Shown one piece after another: positions 1 through 10,942 of a DNA stretch of 64,000 nt. The stretch is from Waterburya sp. GTDB taxonomy: Bacteria > Cyanobacteriota > Cyanobacteriia > Cyanobacteriales > Xenococcaceae. Where the stretch lies: assembly GCA_965217895.1 (NCBI GenBank), contig CBDCJV010000002.1:1600001-1664000 (forward strand). Direction: 5' to 3'. Each line of letters opens with the position of its first letter. Position 1 is the stretch's first letter. Below the pieces are notes generated by a model. That model saw only the letters and a program-made list of their open reading frames with translations, ran no database searches and was not told the DNA's origin. Both the position numbers and the translations under genes were made by a program.

Positions 1-142
1 TTTGGGCGATCGCCTTGGCGACAAGGTGGCTCAGTTTAACACTGTTCGCTACACTCAGTTAAATCCTGCGATCTGTGAGAATTTTTGGCTCGATTAACAA
101 GTATGCTGACTATTGCTGTGTTTTTTGAGGAAATTAACGCTC

Positions 143-288
143 GTGCCAACTGTAGCGGAAACCGCCTACCCGCGACTTAAAAATCAGGTTAGAGAAAAAG
201 AGCTAACTAAAATTTATACTCCTACTCTTGAAGAGTTAAATTTAGCCAGTCAACACACTAGAAAAGGAGCAATCAAGCTAGGATTTTT
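143..288 (+). pseudogene. Tn3-family transposase N-terminal fragment (DUF4158-like)
   Basis: A GTG start after GAGG gives (M)PTVAETAYPRLK...ELTKIYTPTLEEL...LGFLVML, typical of Tn3-family TnpA N-termini. It is cut off by the IS6 remnant. Confidence 0.7.
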
Positions 289-793
289 GGTAATGTTGCC
301 AGAAATTGAAGAAGCAACATAGTAGTATATATTTACTGTCTAAAACTCAACATTAATGAATTCAAAATCCCCCTTCAAATGGCGACATTTTCTACTGTAG
401 TAAGAGTGATTAATACAGACAAGGCGAAAGCTTATCCCAAAGCAATCGAAGAGCTAAAAGAATCTGACTTATTACCTGAATCGGTTGAACATCGAGCAGT
501 TAAATACCTGAATAATTTAATTGAACAAGATCATAGATATACGAAACTGCGGGTTATAACCAGTCAAAACTTTAGGAATTTTTGGACTGCTGGTCGTACC
601 ATCGCAGGATATGAATCGATGAACATGATTCGTAAAGGACAAATCAAAAATGTAAGACGAGATGAATTTTTAGGTCAGATTAGGTTTATTCATTCTCTAT
701 TTGGGATAACTGTGTAAATTTGAGAGAAAATCAAATTAATTTAAAGTTTACCTTTATTTTTATTCTTTTGTTTTTTCTTTTCGCAACACTGCC
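289..793 (+). mobile_element. Internally deleted IS6-family element
   Basis: ATG at 356 gives MNSKSPFKWRHF (IS6 transposase N-terminus), followed out of frame by the C-terminal part RVINTDKAKAYP...HRAVKYLNNLIEQDHR (to 717). The right IR TTTCGCAACACTGCC ends at 793. A degenerate left IR GGTAATGTTGCCAGA starts at 289. Confidence 0.8.
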
Positions 794-2309
794 TCTTTTA
801 GATAAGCTAGAACAAGATCCTAATTGGCAAGGGCTAATTAACTGGTCACAGGTAGGAGTATTGGGTCATTCTCTTGGAGGAACTACCGCCTTATTGCTTG
901 GGGGTGCTTCCTTGAACTGGAACAGAATTCAGGCTGTATGTCAGGGCGATCGCTTTATTTTTAATGTTTCAATTTTCTTACAGTGTCGGGCTAAGAATCT
1001 ACCCCCAGGAAACTATAATTTGCGCGATTCTCGGATTAAAGGAGTAGTAGCATTAAATCCTGTTGGTAGCCTGCTTTTGGGTCAAGAAGGTATGGGAGAA
1101 ATAGAAATTCCGACTTTAATGGCTGGAGGAACTCAAGACTTTATTGCACCCTTTGTAGACGAACAGGTGCATCCTTTTTTATGGCTAAATACCAAGCATA
1201 AATATTTGGCTACGTTAGTTGGTGGCAATCATGTTTCTAGCACCAGTGAAAATAACTTGGCTGGGGTTGGCGATATGTTCCAAAGTTCTTCGGATCTAGA
1301 TAAAAGCTATTTTAAGGCACTTAGTTTAGGCTTTTTGCAAGCTCATATTCGCAACCGCTCTCAAGATCGATCTTACTTGAAGGCAGCCTATGCCCGTGAA
1401 ATCAGTAAACCAGAACTACCACTACATTTAGTTAACTCCTTGACTCCAGAACAGTTAGAACTAGCCTATGGCGATAAACCTCCCATAGCACCCATTCCTG
1501 AAACTATCGTTACTAGCACTACACGAGAACGTAACGTCCTGGCTGAAATTGAACAGACAGGAGTATTAAAGGTGGCAATGAGAACTGATGCAGCACCGTT
1601 TAGCTATTACCAAGATAATAACTGGGCTGGTTATTGTGCCGACTACGCTGATGCTTTGGGCAAGCAGTTGACAGAACAATTAGATACAAATTCCCCCATT
1701 AAAGCGATCATAATACCTTCATCTTTATCAAATAGATTTGAATTAGTCGAACAAGAAATAGTTCATTTTGAATGTGGTTCAAACTCGATAGACAGCGATC
1801 GCCAAGAAGTTAGCTTTTCCGATCCTATTTTCGCCAGTGGCACTCGTCTTTTGGTTAACAGCAGTAGTATCGATAAATTCGACCTCGATAGTAATTTAGT
1901 AGGATTGAAATTAGGGGTTTTAGACAAAACTACTACCAAACAATTCTTAGAAGAAAACTATCCCGATGCTGAAATAACTAGCTTTGACGGTACGCAAGGT
2001 CGAAGTGAAGGAATACGAGAAATTTACAATGGTCAATTGGATGCTTTCGTAAGCGATGAAGTGCTATTGACAGGGGAATTAGATCGTCAGAATCTTAACT
2101 CAGAAAACTATCAAACCATACCTAAAGATCCTTTAACTTGTGAGTACTATGGCATGATTTTGCCTCCGAACGATCCTCAATGGCGCAATACCATAAATGG
2201 TTTTATTCGCGATCGCAATTCTCGGCAGGTTTTTGATAAGTGGCTAGCAAGTCATTATGCCCAAGCTATTTCTGATTTAGATTACTGCCAAAATCGGCGC
2301 GGTTTATAG
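794..2309 (+). pseudogene. 5'-truncated alpha/beta hydrolase fused to an amino-acid ABC-type solute-binding domain
   Basis: GHSLGG nucleophile elbow and the cyanobacterial dienelactone-hydrolase-like motif LQCRA..L...NYNLRDSRIKGVVALNP. The C-terminal GVLKVAMRTDAAPFSY...CEYYGMILP is an SBP family 3 domain. The ORF-track start at 720 lies inside the IS6 end. Confidence 0.7.
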
Positions 2310-2310
2310 A

Positions 2311-2470
2311 TATATCAAAGGTTATAAATTTTCAGACACCAAAAACAGCTCGATTTCAAGTGTCCGAAAAGTCGTTTTTGGACACTTACAAGAGATCTCA
2401 TATATTGTTCAATAAAACGTCCGTATAGTTGAACTTTGTACTATATTAATTAGTATAAAAATGAGCGGAC
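2311..2470. other. Candidate serine-resolvase res site (orphan)
   Basis: Dyad AAGTGTCCGAAAA-GTCG-TTTTTGGACACTT (2358-2387), a half-site TTATAAATTTTCAGACAC just upstream, and GTCCG...CGGAC downstream. These resemble the Tn3/gamma-delta TGTCCGATA half-sites. Confidence 0.45.
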
Positions 2471-2676
2471 TCTAAAACCATGATCGCATCTCAGATTTCT
2501 AATTTTTCATTTTGCAGATTTTGTTCATTATTGTGGTTTAGTCAATCAAAGTCCAAAATATTATCTTTTAGATGAGATTACTGTACTCAACCAAAAATTA
2601 TAAAGATTTTTGTCTGATATTATTAGTGGGGCGAAAACAAGTCATCCAAACCAGGACGAATTGCTGAAAGATACTC

Positions 2677-3399
2677 GTGGTCAGTGATGTAGGGGGATAT
2701 GGGAGTAAAATTCACGAATCGTTGCCATCCCCCGACTTGTCCGAACAGATTTCAATGGCGGGGAAAGAAGCATCGGGTACGGGTAACATGAAGTTTGCCC
2801 TCAACGGTGGACTAATTATCGGTACTCTTGACGGGGCAAATGTAGAGATTCGCCAGGAAGTAGGAGAGGAGAATTTCTTTTTGTTTGGCTTAAGAAGCGA
2901 TGAAGTAGACGAACTAAAAGCCCAGGGCTACCAACCCTACCAATATTATGAAAATAATAGCGAATTAAAAGCGGTAATAGATTCTCTAGCTGCGGGAGAT
3001 TTCTCTAGAAATAATAAAGAACTATTTCAACCTCTAGTAAATAAACTGCTACATCAAGATCCCTTTTTGTTGCTAGCTGACTATCAATCCTATATCGAAT
3101 GCCAAGAGCGAGTAGATCTGGCGTTCAAAGACCAAAAGAATTGGACGCAAATGTCTATTCTTAATGTAGCGCGGATGGGTAAGTTTTCAAGAGATCGCTC
3201 TATCCGCGAATATTGCCAAGACATCTGGAATACTAGAGCAGTACCAATTAAATTAGCTGAATATTCTCAAAATATCTCCCTTAGAAAACAAGGTAGCAAT
3301 TGGTCAAAAGTCAACAAAGAATATGTAGGTAAATTGCAACAGGCTGGATTAATTCATCAATCAGGTTGGCAAAAAATTGAACAAGCTAAAAAAGATTAA
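2677..3399 (+). pseudogene. glgP: Glycogen phosphorylase C-terminal fragment with a YdeI/OmdA-like tail
   Basis: [25 protein letters not shown] (PLP-lysine motif), [10 protein letters not shown] and MGKFS.DRSIREY. Only about 200 aa are present, against roughly 800 for a full enzyme. Confidence 0.85.
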
Positions 3400-3427
3400 T
3401 CAACATATCAACCGTTCGACATATCGA

Positions 3428-3991
3428 TTACTCCAACAACCACCCGAATAATTCCCCTAAAGTTAATTGAAACGATTTAGCAAAATCGGGAACAGGTAAA
3501 ACATCCTTGGCATCCTCAAAAAATGCTAGTTGTTTTGTGGGATAGTAAGCAAAGATAGACTGTTCGCTAGGATCGATGAGCCATCCTAACTGTGTCCCAT
3601 TATCCAAACAGTGCAGAATATTTTTGGTCACTCTGGTATGATTTTGTTCGGGTGATAAAATCTCAATTGTCCAATCAGGTGCAATTTTGAAAGCGTTAGC
3701 GATACTTCCATCATCATCGCGAGGTATTCTATCCCAGGTAAACACAGCTACATCTGGTACAGTCGAACGCCCACCAAAAGTACATCTTAATTCAGAGAAG
3801 GCACGAGCAGTTTTTGACGGTTTTAAAGCAGCATTTATAGCAGTTGATAGTTCTGTTTGAATTGTGCTGTGTTTTCCTTTCGGCATAGGTTTCTGAAATA
3901 TTTTCCCGTCTATATATTCGCTGGCTGGCTTAGTTTCTGGCAATGCCAAAAACTCTTCTAGGGTAATAAGTTTTGACGGTGTTGTAACCAT
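3428..3991 (-). CDS. Uma2 family endonuclease (DUF820)
   Basis: TLEEFLALPETKPASEYIDG...PDVAV...APDWTIEILSP...GTQLGWLIDP. Confidence 0.9.
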   Translation of the reverse strand: MVTTPSKLITLEEFLALPETKPASEYIDGKIFQKPMPKGKHSTIQTELSTAINAALKPSKTARAFSELRCTFGGRSTVPDVAVFTWDRIPRDDDGSIANAFKIAPDWTIEILSPEQNHTRVTKNILHCLDNGTQLGWLIDPSEQSIFAYYPTKQLAFFEDAKDVLPVPDFAKSFQLTLGELFGWLLE

Positions 3992-4196
3992 AATTAGATT
4001 TGGTTAGAGAATACTTCAATGCTTAGTTGTATTTTAAGGTAGATGTTTGAAAGTTTGGAACGAGCGATCGCTTTTAAGAGAAAAAATATCTCATTTCAAC
4101 CACAGCAGTATGTCTGAGTTAGTGTATTTGCTAAAGTTCTATTAACTTTGGACTAATAAATTCAAAATTAAACAATCGCAATCACTACTGCAAATA

Positions 4197-4811
4197 ATGA
4201 CACTTAACATTTATTTCCTTCGACATGGTGAAACTGTTGCTAGCAAGACAGACGAATTTTGCGGATCTTCTGATGTTGAGCTGACCACAGAAGGAATAGT
4301 TATGGCAAAAGACTTTGCCGTAGCATATCAATCTGTAGCTTGGAAGGCTGTCTATTGTAGCCCAATGCGTCGCACTATTGCTACTGCCAAACCTTTATGC
4401 GATTTGCTAGGAATAGAAATGCTGCTGAGAAAGGACTTGAAAGAAATAGACTTTGGCAAATGGGAAGGTAAATCCCAGGCAGATGTTAATCGCCAATTTC
4501 ATGATGATTATCTACGCTGGCAGTCAGAACCTGGTTGGAATGCGCCTCCAGGAGGAGAAAGAGCAATCGATATTGCTCGCCGTAGTTCAGAAGTAATTAA
4601 AGAAATAGAGCAAACTTACCAGAGTGGAAATATATTGATCGTCTCACACAAAGCCACAATTCGGATTATGTTATGTTCTTTATTAGGAATTGATGTCGGA
4701 CATTACCGCGATCGCCTCGATATGCCTGTAGCGGCAGTTAGCGTGGTTGAGCTTACCGCCCACGGTCCATTGCTTAAGAAGTTAGGCGATCGCTCTCATT
4801 TAAATCATTGA
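4197..4811 (+). CDS. Histidine phosphatase (phosphoglycerate mutase) family protein
   Basis: LRHGET motif, SPMRRT, EIDFGKWEG and IVSH. Confidence 0.9.
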   Translation: MTLNIYFLRHGETVASKTDEFCGSSDVELTTEGIVMAKDFAVAYQSVAWKAVYCSPMRRTIATAKPLCDLLGIEMLLRKDLKEIDFGKWEGKSQADVNRQFHDDYLRWQSEPGWNAPPGGERAIDIARRSSEVIKEIEQTYQSGNILIVSHKATIRIMLCSLLGIDVGHYRDRLDMPVAAVSVVELTAHGPLLKKLGDRSHLNH

Positions 4812-4828
4812 ACATTTATCAATCAGTA

Positions 4829-4893
4829 GTAGGGTGGGCAATAAGGCAAATTACAATCTTGCAAAACATCTTGCTGATGCCCTGATGCTCACC
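4829..4893. repeat. Degenerate GTAG-type REP-like inverted repeat
   Basis: GTAGGGTGGGCAATAAGGCA ... TGCCCTGATGCTCACC, 12/16 complementary, in the intergenic gap. Confidence 0.45.
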
Positions 4894-4921
4894 ATTGGTA
4901 TTTATTAGTAATCATCTAATC

Positions 4922-6157
4922 ATGCTTGTTTTAGTTTTCAATGCGGGTTCTAGCAGCCAGAAAAGTTGTCTTTACGATTTTGCTGAATCTATTCCAGAAG
5001 ATCCTTTGCAACCCTTATGGGAGGCTGATATTGACTGGACAGGATCAGAACAAGGGGGCATTCTTACCGTTGAAAGTAACAACGTCAAACAAGAAATTAA
5101 GCTACAAGAGCGAGATACGGCTTTAAAAGTCCTTTTGAATACTTTAATTGAAGGAGAAACCAAGGTTATAGACAGTCTTGATAAGATCGATGTGGTTGGT
5201 CATCGAGTAGTTCACGGTGGGGCAAAATATAGCCAGCCTGTAATTATAGATAATGATGTCAAAAATGCGATCGCCGATCTAATTCCGCTTGCCCCCAGCC
5301 ATAATCCTGCTAATCTTGAAGGAATTAATACCATTGAGAAAATATTACCCGAAATACTCCAGGTAGCAGTTTTTGATACGGCTTTTCATACTACAATTCC
5401 CGAACCTGCTAAAGTTTACCCGATACCCTATAAATATTATGAACAGGGCATTCAACGCTACGGCTTTCACGGTATATCCCATCAGTATTGCGCCCAGCGT
5501 ACAGCCCGAATCTTACAACAGCCCTTAGATTCTCTCAAAATAGTTACCTGTCACTTAGGCAATGGCTGTTCTTTGGCTGCTATTAAAGATGGGGTTTGTA
5601 TTGATACCACGATGGGATTTTCTCCCTTGGAAGGATTAATGATGGGTACGCGCTGCGGTTCAATCGATCCGCAAATTATTATCTATATGATGCAGGAATA
5701 TGGAATGGATGTAGAGGAAATTAACCAAGTACTTAATAAAGAGTCTGGTTTAAAGGGAGTAAGTGGCGTATCCAACGACTTAAGAGCGATCGCCAAAGCA
5801 ATGAGTAACGGTAATATTCAAGCACGGTTGGCTTACGACATTTATCTTCATCGCCTTAAAAAAGCTATAGGTGCAATGGTTGCCAGTCTTAACGGCTTAA
5901 ATGCCTTGGTATTTACAGCGGGGGCAGGAGAAAATCAGAGTTTGCTGCGCTCAAAAACCTGTGAGAGGTTATCTTATTTGGGCTTGCAGCTAGATTTGAC
6001 TAAAAACAATGCCGATCCTGTCGATACTAATATCGCTACTGAAAATTCTCAGGTACAAATACTAGTAATTCATACTCAAGAAGATTGGGCGATCGCTACC
6101 GCAGCTAAAAAAGTAATGTCAAAAGAGGCGATCGCAGCTAGGGGACTAGGGGACTAG
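4922..6157 (+). CDS. ackA: Acetate kinase
   Basis: LVFNAGSSS.K, VGHRVVHGG, FDTAFH, RYGFHG.SH and HLGNG. ATG 4922 is preferred to TTG 4895. Confidence 0.95.
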   Translation: MLVLVFNAGSSSQKSCLYDFAESIPEDPLQPLWEADIDWTGSEQGGILTVESNNVKQEIKLQERDTALKVLLNTLIEGETKVIDSLDKIDVVGHRVVHGGAKYSQPVIIDNDVKNAIADLIPLAPSHNPANLEGINTIEKILPEILQVAVFDTAFHTTIPEPAKVYPIPYKYYEQGIQRYGFHGISHQYCAQRTARILQQPLDSLKIVTCHLGNGCSLAAIKDGVCIDTTMGFSPLEGLMMGTRCGSIDPQIIIYMMQEYGMDVEEINQVLNKESGLKGVSGVSNDLRAIAKAMSNGNIQARLAYDIYLHRLKKAIGAMVASLNGLNALVFTAGAGENQSLLRSKTCERLSYLGLQLDLTKNNADPVDTNIATENSQVQILVIHTQEDWAIATAAKKVMSKEAIAARGLGD

Positions 6158-6187
6158 GGGACTAGGGGACTAGGGGACTAGGGGACT
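6138..6187 (+). repeat. Tandem 8-mer repeat (GGGGACTA, about 6 copies)
   Basis: Directly visible. It overlaps the ackA stop codon. Confidence 0.95.
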
Positions 6188-6308
6188 GGAGGAACGTTTA
6201 TTTGTATTATTCTTTCTTGGATTTCATATAAACATCCAGTACCGCAGTAGTATAACCGTATAAAGAGCGATTGCTGAGGATGGAATGAGTATAACTCATA
6301 CGCTTGCG

Positions 6309-7397
6309 TTACTTTTTTGATAATCTATTTTTTGCTTTTAATTTGTGAGGAATAAAGCTATTTCTATCTGATTCTGGCTGCCAGCGATCTAAGATATCCT
6401 TAACCATTATTTCTTTGAGCCAAACTTGAGCCACCACAGTAATCGGCAAAGCCAAAAACAAGCCTAAAATACCAAAAAATACAGCAAAAGCTACTTGAGA
6501 AAGTAAAGTAATTGCAGGCAATAAAGATACCTGTTTCTTCATCACAATAGGAGTAAGAATATTGCTTTCAACTTGCTGAATAACAATATAAAGAATAACT
6601 ACGGCTAATGCTTTCCAGGGCGCATCTAATAAAGCCATTGCTGTTGGAGGAACAACACTTAAAACAGGTCCTAAGTTAGGTATAAAGGTTAACATTCCTG
6701 CTAATAGACAGTTTGCCAAAGGTAGCCTAACTCCTAATGCCCATAGTCCAATGCCACTTAGAATAGCAATAACCGCCATGTTAAACAAGATGCCGATTGA
6801 CCAACCTCCCAAATTTTTTTCACACTTTTTTAAAATAGTTTGAATTCGGCGACGATAAAAAGCAGGAAACATCAATAAGAAAATCTGCTTATAAGGAGTA
6901 GGATCGGACAGGAACATAATCGTTACTACTATTACTAGTAATGAATTAAGAACTACTGTTAATGTGCCAGAAAATAGATCGAAGAAATTACTAATTAAGC
7001 CATTTATCCAGGATCTAAGATTTTGAGTTAAAGCTTCTATACCCTGAAAATCTTCAATGAACCTACCTGGTAGTAAATCACGCAGCCATTCATTCCAACC
7101 ATTAAGCTTTTCCAAACCATCAGGAACTAAAGTAACTAGCTCTTTAAATTGTTCGATAAAAGGCGGTATAACTAAAGCTATAAAGCCAATAATAAAGATT
7201 AAAACTCCACCTACGGAAATCGCGATCGCAGTTTTGCGGTTTAACTTAAATTTTGCTTGTAATAGTTTGACAAGTTGATTAATTGCCGTAGCAAATATCA
7301 CCGCAGCAAAAGCTAGTAGCAAAACCTGTTTAATTCGCCACAAAATATAAAGAGCAATTAAAATAGCTAAAAAGCCGACTAAAGTTCCCAAACGCAT
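6309..7397 (-). CDS. AI-2E family transporter
   Basis: Multi-TM protein with FIPNLGP and IQQVESNILTP.VM motifs. Confidence 0.9.
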   Translation of the reverse strand: MRLGTLVGFLAILIALYILWRIKQVLLLAFAAVIFATAINQLVKLLQAKFKLNRKTAIAISVGGVLIFIIGFIALVIPPFIEQFKELVTLVPDGLEKLNGWNEWLRDLLPGRFIEDFQGIEALTQNLRSWINGLISNFFDLFSGTLTVVLNSLLVIVVTIMFLSDPTPYKQIFLLMFPAFYRRRIQTILKKCEKNLGGWSIGILFNMAVIAILSGIGLWALGVRLPLANCLLAGMLTFIPNLGPVLSVVPPTAMALLDAPWKALAVVILYIVIQQVESNILTPIVMKKQVSLLPAITLLSQVAFAVFFGILGLFLALPITVVAQVWLKEIMVKDILDRWQPESDRNSFIPHKLKAKNRLSKK

Positions 7398-7686
7398 AAG
7401 ATAAATTTATTAATACAAGGTTATTGTAATTGAATATAGTTGTCGCCTAATAAACTGTTGTCTTTCTTTAGATTGTCTTTTTTGTCTTGCCAATAAAGCT
7501 TTACAAAGCCAAGCGAGGTTTTAAAACTATGCCAATTTTTGCTAAAGATTATTGCCAAAAGTTATCTGGCTAAAGATATATATTTCTGTAGGCAAAATAA
7601 TTAGATAGATGTAATGATAGAGCCTGTATTAATTTCTCTAATGAGAATAAATGCAGGTACATATTTGAATTTAACTGAATTATTTT

Positions 7687-8790
7687 ATGAACTTAGATTT
7701 TCTCTCCTGGGAATTATTAAACAACAAGCTGGGAGACTATTTACTAGCTCTAGCAATCTTCTTATCCAGTATTATTGTCATTAGAGTATTCAAGCTTTGG
7801 GCATTTAAAAGCTTGAGAAAATGGGCAGCTAAAACTGAAAATATTTATGACGATGCCATCATCAGAATTTTAGAAAAAAATTTCATTCCGATTACTTATA
7901 TTGGTGGTATTTATTTAGCCATTAGCAATTTAACTTTACACCCGATTTTAAGTCGCGTGGTTGAAGTCTTAGTAATTCTCGCCTCAACAATATTGGCTAT
8001 TAAATTACTAACGGCGATCGCCGAATATGCTGTCAAATTATATTGGATTACCTATCACCATGACAATGCCAATATAGAAAGTAGTATTAATGCTTTAGTT
8101 CCCGCAATTAAAGTTGTTGTTTGGTTGATTGGAATTATATTTTTATTAGATAATTTAGGCTTTGATATCTCGGCGGTAGTAGCTAGTTTAGGAATTGGCG
8201 GTGTAGCGATCGCTCTTGCTTCTCAAGGCGTATTACAGGATCTATTTAGCTACTTTTCAATTCTTTTAGATCGCCCTTTTGAGTTAGGAGATTTTATTAT
8301 TGTGGGCGATTATTTGGGTACAGTCGATTATGTGGGTATCAAAACTACAAGGCTAAAAAGCATTAGTGGCGAAGAAATAGTTATTGCTAATACAGATTTA
8401 ACTGGTTCTCGAATTCGCAATTTTAAGCGGATGCGTCAACGTCGAATAGTATTTAAGTTGGGCGTAGTCTACGAAACCAGTACAGAGCAATTAAAGCAAA
8501 TTCCTGCTGTATTAGAGCAAATTGTTAATCGAACTCAACATACAGTTTTCGATCGCACCCACTTTTCGGGCTATGGAGAATATAGCTTAGATTTTGAAGT
8601 AGTCTACTTTATTGATAGTAATGATTACAGCATCTATATGGATGCTCAACAGCAAATTAATTTAGGCATTAAATCTGAATTTGCCAAACGCAAAATTGAG
8701 TTTGCCTATCCAACTCAAACAAATTACTTGGATAGTTTACTTACAGATTTACAAGAAATTGAGTCAGAAATCAAGCAAGTACAAACTTAA
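7687..8790 (+). CDS. mscS: Small-conductance mechanosensitive channel family protein
   Basis: ASLGIGGVAIALASQ..L.DLF, DRPFELGDFI, GIKTTRL and IEFAYPT. Confidence 0.9.
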   Translation: MNLDFLSWELLNNKLGDYLLALAIFLSSIIVIRVFKLWAFKSLRKWAAKTENIYDDAIIRILEKNFIPITYIGGIYLAISNLTLHPILSRVVEVLVILASTILAIKLLTAIAEYAVKLYWITYHHDNANIESSINALVPAIKVVVWLIGIIFLLDNLGFDISAVVASLGIGGVAIALASQGVLQDLFSYFSILLDRPFELGDFIIVGDYLGTVDYVGIKTTRLKSISGEEIVIANTDLTGSRIRNFKRMRQRRIVFKLGVVYETSTEQLKQIPAVLEQIVNRTQHTVFDRTHFSGYGEYSLDFEVVYFIDSNDYSIYMDAQQQINLGIKSEFAKRKIEFAYPTQTNYLDSLLTDLQEIESEIKQVQT

Positions 8791-8890
8791 GATCTTAGTA
8801 TAAGGCGATCGCCCAAAATCGTTTTGAGGAGTATATTCATTCCAATTAATTTCCTTATGGTAGTTTTGTATTGATTGTCAGGTTGAATAT

Positions 8891-8923
8891 TATTTGCTAC
8901 TTGCTATTTGCTACTTGCTACTT
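8891..8923. repeat. Short tandem heptamer repeat (TA[C/T]TTGC, about 4.5 copies)
   Basis: tatttgc tacttgc tatttgc tacttgc tactt between convergent genes; STRR-like. Confidence 0.8.
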
Positions 8924-9020
8924 TCTTCAAAGACAATCTGGTTGCTATTTAAAATGACTATAAGTGGGGTATTGGGGTGTTTGGGGCGGTGAAGTTTCTA
9001 CTCCATTGTCTAATCTGAAC

Positions 9021-9054
9021 AAAAAAGAGGCAATCTAATCAAAGATTTGCCTCT
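9021..9054 (-). terminator. Rho-independent terminator of groEL2
   Basis: Hairpin AGAGGCAATCT...AGATTTGCCTCT with an A6 run on the + strand (U-tract on the - strand), about 60 bp past the stop. Confidence 0.7.
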
Positions 9055-9116
9055 GAGTTGTAAATTATTTTACTAAGTGCATCATGAGCTAGAAAATGAT
9101 ATCTAGCAAGCAAGGG

Positions 9117-10796
<1,680 letters not shown>

Positions 10797-10833
10797 TTAT
10801 TCGTTAATTCCGCTACATATTCCACTTGCCAAT

Positions 10834-10860
10834 TTAGCACTCATCGAGGACGAGTGCTAA
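10834..10860. promoter_or_regulatory. CIRCE element (HrcA operator)
   Basis: Perfect TTAGCACTC-N9-GAGTGCTAA, 43 bp upstream of groEL. Confidence 0.97.
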
Positions 10861-10895
10861 GCTATATTATCTAAATTTTTGAATTGGTTAGTCTT

Positions 10896-10911
10896 GTAGT
10901 GATTACCGAAA
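10896..10911 (-). promoter_or_regulatory. Possible K-box heat/light activation element
   Basis: Minus-strand TTTCGG-TAAT-CACTAC against the consensus GTTCGG-NNAN-CCNNAC (2 mismatches), upstream of CIRCE. Confidence 0.45.
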
Positions 10912-10942
10912 CATTTACAAGTTTTAAAATGACTATAAAACT

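Noticed and set aside
720..793. Apparent signal-peptide-like N-terminus of the 529-aa ORF
   Set aside because: It is the T-rich right end of the IS6 remnant read in frame, not the native start.
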